NCBI GenBank assembly: GCA_002269645.1
Contig: NIVC01000166.1
Span: 496,001-560,000, forward strand
Reading direction: 5' to 3'
DNA: 64,000 bases
Source of the DNA: Macrostomum lignano
Taxonomy: Eukaryota
Part shown: positions 54,079-64,000 of the stretch, in pieces
How the letters are laid out: the number at the start of each line of letters is the position of its first letter
Numbering within the stretch: position 1 is the first letter of the stretch
Position numbers and translations under genes: made by a program
Notes under the pieces: generated by a model
Told to the model about the DNA's origin: nothing
Database searches by the model: none
The model's input: the letters and a program-made list of their open reading frames with translations, nothing else

Positions 54079-54430
54079 GACTGATTAATTTGTTAATTGA
54101 TTGATTGATTGATTTTTTGGTTGATTGATTGATTGATTTTTTGGTTGGTTGATTGATTAATTGATTGATTGATTGATTGGTTGGTTGATTGATTGATTGA
54201 TTGGTTGATTTATTGATTAATTTATTAATTGATTGATTGGTTGGTTGGTTGGTTGATTGATTGATTGATTGGTTGGTTGATTGATTGATTGATCGATTGA
54301 TTGATTGATTGATTGATTGGTTGGTTGATTGATTGATTGATCGATTGATTGATTGATTGATTGATTGATTTATTGGTTGGTTGATTGATTGAATGATTGA
54401 ATGATTGATTGATTGTTTTGTTGGTTGATT
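53940..54430. repeat. (GATT)n microsatellite immediately after the SLC4 stop codon (putative 3' UTR)
   Basis: Begins 4 nt after TGA at 53934-53936. Confidence 0.92.
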
Positions 54431-54909
54431 GATGACTCACTGATAGACCAATTCGTGGAAGGAATACTTGGTGTTGTCTCATCGATTGGCAAGTTGATTT
54501 GATTTATCAATTAAATAGTTTACTGACTTTTTTGTTGATTGGGTAATTTTTTGCTCAATTAGTCAGCTGATTAATTGAGTGATAGATTGCTCAATTGATC
54601 AAATCAGTTGGTGGATAAGTTAACCAACTGAGCGAACTCAATGATTCGCTAAACTATATGTTTACAAATTGGTCAATCCGATTTATGATTGCTAATTGAA
54701 TTCTCTGAGCACAAACTGAGGTATTGAAAATTACTTGAATTTTTACGTTTTTGTTCTGTAATTCATTGTAACATGTCGATGCTAATTTGACAAGAGAGGT
54801 CAAGCAAGCTTAGATTTTGTTCTAGTGCAATATTTTATAGTGAACTCTTAACATAGAATAGCATTGTGAATCTCACTTACCTTGATTCTCATTATTAATC
54901 TCCATGTAG

Positions 54910-55160
54910 AATCATCGATCTCTTTTATTGATAATCTCACCCCTAGACATATCAAATCTCTTATAGACAACCTCATCTCGGAGATATAAAAGCTCTCATT
55001 GATAATCTCACCCCGGAGAGATCAAATCTCTTATTGATAATCTCACCCCTAGAGGTATCAAATCTATATTCGATAATCTCACCCCTAGAGATATCAAATC
55101 TCTTATTGATAATCTCACCCCTAAAGTTATCAAATCTCTATTTGATACTCTCACCACTAG
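54910..55160. repeat. Degenerate ~36-bp tandem repeat (ATCTCACCCCTAGAGATATCAAATCTCTTATTGATA)
   Basis: Direct reading, about 6-7 copies. Confidence 0.8.
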
Positions 55161-56471
55161 ACAAGTATTGATTGTACTAATCCTCTTCACAGATACAAAT
55201 ACTGATTGGTGTTACAGACTTGCTGTTCTTTAAGTGTTTTTTTTCAATAAATTTTCTATGAAATGCTTCGTTTGAATGTAGTTATATTTTTCTGCACGAG
55301 ATTTGGTAATGTACCATCACCATCGAACAACTTCGTTTTTATAGACATGAAATTTTATCACAGTTTGATCATAAGATTTGTACAAACTTCTCTCCTCTTT
55401 AGCGACTCAATCTGTGAATTCGTAAAATAAATTCTGCAATATGCACCAGCGCTTGACCCACAAAATGACCCAGACTATAATTTAGAACCAGTCATACAAA
55501 ATCATAAATCAAATTGCATGACCATTGTGACACTTATGTTACTAATTATTTAACTATTTTTTTCCAAAATATTGTTCAAACCTTTACTCAGTTTAGACTA
55601 TAAAGTATTTTTGCAATAATTAAATATACAATAAATAAACATGCTTTTAGACTACTTGCGACCGATTCTAATCAGTAGTTAGTAAGCATTTTTCCGACTG
55701 TAACGCACAAAATTTGGAGATTAGTTCAAGAATCGCCACGCGTAAAATTATTCAATCTAGCTGATTTCACCGTTATAGTTGAAGGAAATTTTTACCATTT
55801 TTGCACCTTGATCGCTACCCGCTGATTAAAAATTAAATCTTACTACTGTCACAAGTAGAAGTAGTACACGCGCACGCTGAGATGTTGAGAACTGCGTACT
55901 GTGCAACGTATCAAATATAGTAGCCAACTTAATGCTCACGCGTCTCATACTGAATATCTTTGTTATCATAACTGCAGTCTTTCAACACTTGGATTTGTTT
56001 ATTTGAAAATTTAAAGTGGGTTTGGGCTTCAACTGCCGCTAAAAATTGAATTATTTGTTTAAAATGTGTGGACTTGATAATCCCTTCCTTGATAATCTCT
56101 CCCTTAATAATCCTTCCCTTGATAATCTCTCCCTTGGTAATCTCCTTTATAATCTCTCATTAGAAAATGCTAATGTTTTATTAAGTCAAAATGTTTTCAG
56201 AGGTACAAAATTTGTACCAATAATTTTATTGAAAATTTATTTAGATGATGGCAAAACTATAGCTGCGTAGGCAGGTGCAAAATAGTAATATTACAGGTAA
56301 ATATTTTACACTATTCGTACGAGTCGTACTTAAATAGCAAGCAGTTAAATCATTACGCATTAATTTGAGCAATTAGTAGAGAACTGTACAAAATTATTCG
56401 GTCTCACGCTGCACTACTAACAGTATCAAACACGCGCATGTGTTGACTAATTTTATAATTTAAGAAAAAAA

Positions 56472-57011
56472 TTAAAACGAATACGGCCGATTGATGTCGT
56501 AAAACTGTCCGTCCATAGTTGAAGCTTCATCCGGTGTCGATGCTTGAAAAGTTGGTTGGTGCTGCTGCTGTTGCTGCTGCTGCTGCAAATTCCAGTTGTT
56601 ATAGCTAACTTCTTGCTGTTGTTGCTGTTGCTGAAAGCAACAAGACTGGCAATAGCAGATGCTCTCAATAAAACTGCAACAAGTTGCAGATGCAGCCGGG
56701 GGAGGCTGGGCAGCTTGGGCGGCGTCCAGGCGCCTCAAAGTGTCGGACAGCCAGGCGATGTACTCGTAGGCGGTGCGCAGGGTCTCGATCTTGGTCAGGC
56801 GGGTCTCGTGCTGGCCCATGCTGGGCAGGGCTTGCCGCAGCGTCTCCAGGGCGTCGTTCAGGCCGTGCATCCGGTTGCGCTCGCGATCGTTCACCTTCAT
56901 CCTGCGGAGGCGCTTCAGCCTCTGCTGCTGCGGCTGCGGCTGCGGCTTTGGTCGGCGGTCAGACTGTGGAGCAGGCGACGAACTGCATGACATCGCGGCT
57001 TCCGAGTTCAT
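56472..57011 (-). CDS. ngn: Neurogenin-like (atonal superfamily) proneural bHLH transcription factor, single coding exon, ~179 aa from MNSEAA
   Basis: [28 protein letters not shown]...[23 protein letters not shown] matches the neurogenin/NeuroD bHLH pattern; polyQ tracts. ATG at 57011 chosen because the ORF-track start lies inside the minisatellite. Subfamily (Ngn vs NeuroD vs other) needs phylogeny. Confidence 0.85.
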   Translation of the reverse strand: MNSEAAMSCSSSPAPQSDRRPKPQPQPQQQRLKRLRRMKVNDRERNRMHGLNDALETLRQALPSMGQHETRLTKIETLRTAYEYIAWLSDTLRRLDAAQAAQPPPAASATCCSFIESICYCQSCCFQQQQQQQEVSYNNWNLQQQQQQQQHQPTFQASTPDEASTMDGQFYDINRPYSF

Positions 57012-57049
57012 TGTTGAGCTGCTGTCTGAGGATTGATGGAGATTGGGGT

Positions 57050-58975
57050 ATAGGTTAGAATCCTGTAGATAGATTAGAATCATGTTAGATAGATTAGAAT
57101 CCTGTTAGATAGATTAGAATACTGTTAGATAGATTAGAATCATGTTAGATAGATTAGAATACTGTTAGATAGATTAGAATACTGTTAGATAGATTAGAAT
57201 ACTGTTAAGATAGATTAGAATACTGTTAAGATAGATTAGAATACTGTTAGATAGATTAGAATACTGTTAGATAGATTAGAATCCTGTTAGATAGATTAGA
57301 ATCCTGTTAGATAGATTAGAATCCTGTTAGATAGATTAGAATACTGTTAAGATAGATTAGAATACTGTTAAGATAGATTAGAATCCTGTTAGATAGATTA
57401 GAATCCTGTTAGATAGATTAGAATACTGTTAGATACATTAGAATCCTGTTAGATAGATTAGAATACTGTTAAGATAGATTAGAATACTGTTAAGATAGAT
57501 TAGAATCCTGTTAGATAGATTAGAATACTGTTAGATAGATTAGAATCATGTTAGATAAATTAGAATACTGTTAGATAGGTTAGAATCCTGTTAGATAGGT
57601 TAGAATCCTGTTAGATAGGTTAGAATCCTGTTAGATAGGTTAGAATCCTGTTAGATAGGTTAGAATCCTGTTAGATAGATTAGAATCCTGTAGATAGATT
57701 AGAATCATGTTAGATAGATTAGAATACTGTTAGATAGATTAGAATACTGTTAGATAGATTAGAATACTGTTAAGATAGATTAGAATACTGTTAAGATAGA
57801 TTAGAATACTGTTAGATAGATTAGAATACTGTTAGATAGATTAGAATCCTGTTAGATAGATTAGAATACTGTTAGATAGATTAGAATCCTGTTAGATAGA
57901 TTAGAATACTGTTAGATAGATTAGAATCATGTTAGATTGATTAGAATACTGTTAGATAGGTTAGAATCCTGTTAGATAGGTTAGAATCCTGTTAGATAGA
58001 TTAGAATCCTGTTAGATAGGTTAGAATCCTGTTAGATAGATTAGAATCCTGTTAGATAGGTTAGAATCCTGTTAGATAGGTTAGAATCCTGTTAGATAGA
58101 TTAGAATCCTGTTAGATAGATTAGAATCCTGTTAGATAGATTAGAATCCTGTTAGATAGGTTAGAATCCTGTTAGATAGGTTAGAATCCTGTTAGATAGG
58201 TTAGAATCCTGTTAGATAGGTTAGAATCCTGTTAGATAGATTAGAATCCTGTTAGATAGATTAGAATCCTGTTAGATACATTAGAATCCTGTTAGATGCA
58301 TTAGAATCCTGTTAGATAGGTTAGAATACTGTTAGATAGATTAGAATCCTGTTAGATAGGTTAGAATACTGTTAGATTGATTATAATCCTGTTAGATAGA
58401 TTAGAATCCTGTTAGATAGATTATAATCCTGTTAGATAGATTAGAATCCTGTTAGATAGATTAGAATCCTGTTAGATAGATTAGAATCCTGTTAGATAGA
58501 TTAGAATCCTGTTAGATAGATTAGAATCCTGTTAGATACATTAGAATCCTGTTAGATAGGTTAGAATACTGTTAGATAGATTAGAATCCTGTTAGATAGG
58601 TTAGAATACTGTTAGATTGATTAGAATCCTGTTAGATAGATTAGAATCATGTTAGATAGATTAGAATACTGTTAGATAGATTAGAATCCTGTTAGATTTA
58701 TTAGAATCCTGTTAAGATAGATTAGAATCCTGTTAGATAGATTAGAATCCTGTTAGATAGATTAGAATCCTGTTAGATAGATTAGAATCCTGTTAGATAG
58801 ATTAGAATCCTGTTAGATAGATTAGAATCCTGTTAGATAGATTAGAATCCTGTTAGATAGATTAGAATCCTGTTAGATAGATTAGAATCCTGTTAGATAG
58901 ATTAGAATCCTGTTAGATAGATTAGAATCCTGTTAGATAGACTAGAATCCTGTTAGATAGACTAGAATCCTGTTA
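57050..58975. repeat. 20-bp minisatellite, ~1.9 kb, directly 5' of the bHLH ATG
   Basis: Unit GTTAGATAGATTAGAATCCT with 19-21 bp variants. Confidence 0.95.
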
Positions 58976-59504
58976 TGCAGTTCTGTTTTAATCGCTGTTA
59001 AATTTGCCGGCACGCAAACTGATTCGGTGAAGCGGACTGCATGCAGGATCAACACCCCTTTGACTTGACAGGGACCAGTTCTTTCATTACTCACTTAATT
59101 ATTGCGTCATTGTGCGACACTTATAAACCCCAGCCTCACTGCAGCATCTGAGCCTCCCGCCTGCCACACTTTGGCTGGCGCACAAATCAGGCATGCAGAT
59201 ATTTAATGCTTTTTATCTCACCTCTGCCCTCGCACGCATGCGCCATTTAATGGGATGCTCGCACGCGAACGGTCAAAATAGAAATTTGGAAAGTGACGAC
59301 TTTTGTTTAAAACAAGCCGACTAACTGCATGTCCTTGCTAATAGCGATTGCGCAACGATGCCGAATAGCGCTTAAAGATTTTTGTGTTTTTCATCACCTT
59401 CTCTCATTTTCTGGTCAATTTGTTGGAATTCTTTTGCTTTCTGTTTAACTCATGGTCGGGTGTTTATTGAGCATCACGTGGCGCTGATATGCAGATTTCC
59501 GCAT

Positions 59505-60045
59505 GGAGTGAACTGGGGAGCCAACTGGGGGAGGGCAACTGAGGGGCGCCAACTGGGGGGGGGCGCCAACTGGGGGGGCGCCAATTGGGGGGCGCCAACT
59601 GGGGACGCCAACTGGGGGAGGGCAACTGGGGGAGCGCCAACTGGGGGGCGCCAACGTGGGGGGCGCCAACTGGGCGCCTAAAAAAGAGACAGGGGCGCCC
59701 ACCTAAGAGACAGGGGCGCGCACCTAAGAGACAGGGGCGCCCACCTAAGAGACAGGGGCGCCCACCTAAGAGACAGGGGCGCCCACCTAAGAGACAGGGG
59801 CGCCCACCTAAGAGACAGGGGCGCCCACCTAAGAGACAGGGGCGCCCACCTAAGAGACAGGGGCGCCCACCTAAGAGACAGGGGCGCCCACCTAAGAGAC
59901 AGGGGCGCCCACCTGAGAGACAGGGGCGCCCACCCGAGAGACAGGGGCGCCAACCTAAGAGACAGGGGCGCCCACCTGAGAGACAGGGGGCGCCCACCTG
60001 AGAGACAGGGGTGCCCACCCGAAAGACAGGGGGCGCCCACCATGA
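59505..60045. repeat. GC-rich composite repeat: GGGGCGCCAACT units followed by 21-bp GACAGGGGCGCCCACCTAAGA units
   Basis: Direct reading; the GGCGCC core is shared by both unit types. Confidence 0.88.
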
Positions 60046-60971
60046 AATCAATTATTGGCGTCCCTTAGGGTTGCTGTGCCTCCAATTAATTCCTATGTAC
60101 ACCACTGACTGGGAGGGGCGCTAACTGGGCTGAACTTTTGATGAGCCACAATTGCCTAAGTTTTGCATAACTGGTGTGTGCAAACATTCATAAATACTCA
60201 AATCAAATTTTGCAACACACTCACCCTGATTGACAGTGCAGGAAGCGGCGAGAGCAAACCTCGGATCGAAGTCTTGCATAATTCGATGATAATTTAATTG
60301 AGACGGAAATGCAGAAATTCTCTCGGTTATCGAGGCTGGCTCTGTCTACTCTGCTTGAGACTTCTGAGATCGGTCTTATTCCCCTTTCCTACTCCTCTGT
60401 TCCCTTCGCTTTTAGCTTTGCTCAACTGGGAATCTGGAGGAGGGGGGGCGGGGATGGAGGCTGGTTGGAGGAGAGGCAGCGGAGGCGGCGGCGGCTGGCG
60501 GAAGAAAAATCCCCAATTGGGATCTGTGCGGGTTCTCAAGATTTTGAGAAACGGCTGTCATTGGCTGGAAGTTAGGTGGGGGGGGGTTGAGGTTTTATGT
60601 CGCAAAGCAGCGTTGGGTCCTGTTTTGATCAAGGGGTCCGGAACACTATGTTTTACTTCAAGTGCCAGGAAAAAATCCGAGAAACGGACAGGGGAAAGTC
60701 GCGAGAGAGGAGATCGGAAGAGAAATGAGATGAGATCTTAAATGAGACAGGAGAAAAGAGAGAACAGAGGAGAGAAGAGAAGAGAGAAGAGACGCGAACA
60801 TTGAGCGGGCGGGATTGCCATTGTGAAGTTTCAAAGGACCAGAGCGCTGGATAGAGAGGCTTTGCGGACCGACCCCTTGCCCTTGCGTCAGGCCGATAGA
60901 TCTGACTACTGTATAAACTGTTTCTTTCATTGTAACAAAAATATAAAATTTGTACAGACTAATGGCCTATG

Positions 60972-62600
60972 TATCAGAGTGACAATACAATCAGAGTGAC
61001 AATACAATCAGAGTGACAATACAATCAGAGTGACAATACAATCAGAGTGACAATACAATCAGAGTGACAATACAATCAGAGTGACAATAGAACCAGAGTG
61101 ACAATACAATCAGAGTGACAATGCAATCAGAGTGACAATACAATCAGAGTGACAATACAATCAGAGTGACAATACAATCAGAGTGACAATACAATCAGGG
61201 TGAAAATACAATCAGGGTGAAAATACAATCAGGGTGACAATCAATATTGCAAGAAGACATGTGTACATGGCAATCAGAGTATGAGTGAAAATCGCAGAAG
61301 TGCATGACGTCTCCAATCTCAGTTTGTTTTGACCCCTGCAGACGTAAACAGATTATTAATAAACAAACTTATATAATATCTTAGTGTGTAAGAGAGACTG
61401 GGCCATCTATATGATTTATAACTAACGCGTGGCAACCAGGCAGCAAGCAGCGGTGTGACAGATCACTTGTCAGTCAGTCAGGCCTCCTCATTCTCTTTAT
61501 GTCTTAACGACAGCCAAAAAAGCATAATTCCTTATTCAAAAATACGAACCGCCTTTTACTAGCTGAGACACCTGCTATATTACAATCTACAGACAGGCCC
61601 ACCCACCCAGATGGAAATATGTGCGTGGGCGTTTGTGTATTGTATCCCATATCATATCATATATTATTAATATAATAATCGGTTTCACCGACAAAAACCG
61701 TGCGCCCAGAGCGACATTTTGATTTGAAAGAATCCACATATATCCAAATCTGTGTGAAAGAAAGTCTGTTTAAATAAAATAAAAACTTCATCAATTCTCC
61801 AAATTTGGCTATTAAAAACATGCAGGCACTTAAATGTCTACGAAAATTATGTAAAGAGTTTATACAGACAAATCTATTTTGCATTCGGCATTGCATAACC
61901 GCGGTTTTACAAAATAGGCCCAAAAATATCCAGTCACTTAGTCAGATCAAATACCTCAGATCAAGATACTTAATCGAGTGACAAGATGGTTAATCGAGTG
62001 ACAAGATGGTTAATCGAGTGACAAGATAGTTAATCGAATGACAAGATAGTTAATCGAATGACAAGATAGTTAATCGAGTGACAAGATGGTTAATCGAGTG
62101 ACAAGATAGTTAATCGAATGACAAGATAGTTAATCGAGTGACACGATAGTTAATCGAGTGACAAGATAGTTAATCGAGTGACAAGATGGTTAATCGAGTG
62201 ACAAGATGATTAATCGAGTGACACGATGGCTAATCGAGTGACAAGATAGTTAATCGAATGACAAGATAGTTAATCGAGTGACACGATGGCTAATCGAGTG
62301 ACAAGATGGTTAATCGAGCGACAAGATGGTTAATCGAGTGACAAGATAGTTAATCGAATGACAATACAATCAGAGTGACAATGCAATCAGAGTGACAATA
62401 CAATCAGAGTGACAAAACAATCAGAGTGACGATGCAATCAGAGTGACAAAACAATCAAAGTGACAATACAATCAGAGTGACAATACAATCAGAGTGACAA
62501 TGCAATCAGAGTGACAATACAATCAGAGTGACAATACAATCAGAGTGACAATACAATCAGAGTGACAATACAATCAGAGTGACAAAACAATCAAGGTGCA
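60972..62600. repeat. 17-bp (CAATCAGAGTGACAATA) arrays at 60972-61245 and 62360-62600, and a related 20-bp (TTAATCGAGTGACAAGATAG) array at 61970-62360
   Basis: Direct reading; shared GAGTGACAA core. Confidence 0.9.
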
Positions 62601-64000
62601 AGATCTCAACTGTTTGAGCGCAACCCCTCTGCCCCATCTCATCCCACATACTATATACCAGCTGCCCAGCTCAAATATGACATTGATGGTTGACAATCCG
62701 GCAGGACTCACGTGAGCAGCCCAACAGCTAACAAAGATGTTCAGCAGCGCACAATCTACAATAAGTTGCACCACCATCCGTCAGATATCATTTGTAGATT
62801 AAGAATAGAACTTGTTTCAAAAGAAAATAATAATCAGTTTTTTCAGGATGCTCCATGCACAATGCCATGTCAAAGGAAGGCCGGCAGTCTGAATGACGCA
62901 ATCAGGTCACTCGCGTGGACGCTTAAAAGGTTTCAGGATTTTCAGTCGGTCAGACGCTGACTTTTAGACGAGGTGATGACGTCATGATAGATGGAGGCTG
63001 CAGGAGCAGGGGGGGGGTCAGAGGGCAGTAATTATTTACTGACGGCGAGATGAGATGCCCCGCCTCTGTCCAAGCGTGTGCAGGAAGGGTGCGTATGGAC
63101 TCAAAGCTTGGCTCTGCACAACAACCTTGGGGGCATTGAAGAGTGCAACGATTTGCAACGATTTGCAACGACCTCTGAATGTGTGCACGTGGGCTATAGT
63201 TCAAGGACCACTAGGAGTTATTATACCGCTGTTATCAGGACTGTAGCTTGAAGTTGGCGTGTGCGTTTTGCTCCGAGATTGAGCGCGCCAATACTGCATG
63301 TGCAGCGGCCCTTTGACTTTCTATTCGTCAGGTAAGTACATTCTGTTTGGCTTGGGGGTTGGCCCCGATGGGAGTGCATTCACATTGGTGTTAAAAACGG
63401 TAAATTCGACTTTAAATTCCAAACCCGATCCCAGCTAGATGAGCGCTCTATTGTGAAAGCTCCCATCGCATTCGCTCGCATGCCTGGAAAGTTAAAGAAT
63501 TTTTAATTAAGGGTCTGCTCAGTGCCGGCTGAATTCGTTCGTTGAGCAGCAGAACTCGGTGCACATGGAGAAGCAGTCAGACAGACATTGTCAGGGCATG
63601 GCCCATGGCGCGTTGTGAACCCGGTGACGCGGAATCAGACTGGCTGTGGAGGGCAGAGAAGATGAAGCATAGGAATCTGTTCTGCCGCAGGCTTTGTGAA
63701 ATTATTGATTGCGCCACAATATTTGGGGAAGTCACCTCCGCAGAATTAAAGGGGGAAGGGAAGGGCTCCTCTACCCCCGGGGGGAGATGAAGCAGAGATG
63801 CTGGAGAGAAGATGCGGAGCTGTTAATGCTAGAATGGATAAAGAATGACACGGGGCAGACTGCACAGACAGTTATGAATGGGTCAGGATAGATGATGATG
63901 TCCTTTGTTGTAAGGCTGAGACTTTTGAGACAAAGCCGCTTTTGGAGGTTGAGTCTGCGCAATAGGCTGAAATAATTTGCGGTTTGGGAGAGGGACTTAT

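Noticed and set aside
57012-57083. N-terminal extension [11 protein letters not shown] of the bHLH ORF
   Set aside because: It uses a non-ATG start inside the minisatellite edge.

Overview
Eukaryotic (invertebrate metazoan-like) genomic DNA with GC-rich exons and introns filled by tandem repeats. The architecture is reminiscent of flatworms such as Macrostomum, which is an inference only. Contents in order: a decayed RTE-like LINE; several TIR DNA elements with intact TSDs (Mutator-like and hAT-like, two of them nested); a complete 5-exon prolyl 4-hydroxylase alpha gene (546 aa); a ~10-11.5 kb direct tandem duplication (8822-18557 / 18558-30112); a 13-exon SLC4 bicarbonate transporter (1229 aa, with a mariner remnant in one intron); and a convergent neurogenin-like bHLH gene. 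Main observation: the duplication copies P4HA exons 2-5 plus the promoter and first coding exon of the SLC4 gene. This places SLC4 exon 1 (phase-1 donor) directly upstream of an orphan P4HA exon 2 (phase-1 acceptor), creating a predicted in-frame 451-aa chimeric gene: a signal-peptide-less prolyl 4-hydroxylase with a basic, NLS-like N-terminus. The SLC4 5' introns also contain nested inverted minisatellite pairs and a 55-bp antisense copy of an exon start. All exon models were built by hand from GT/AG sites, frame continuity and family motifs. None are transcript-verified, and the duplication could be an assembly or haplotype artefact.
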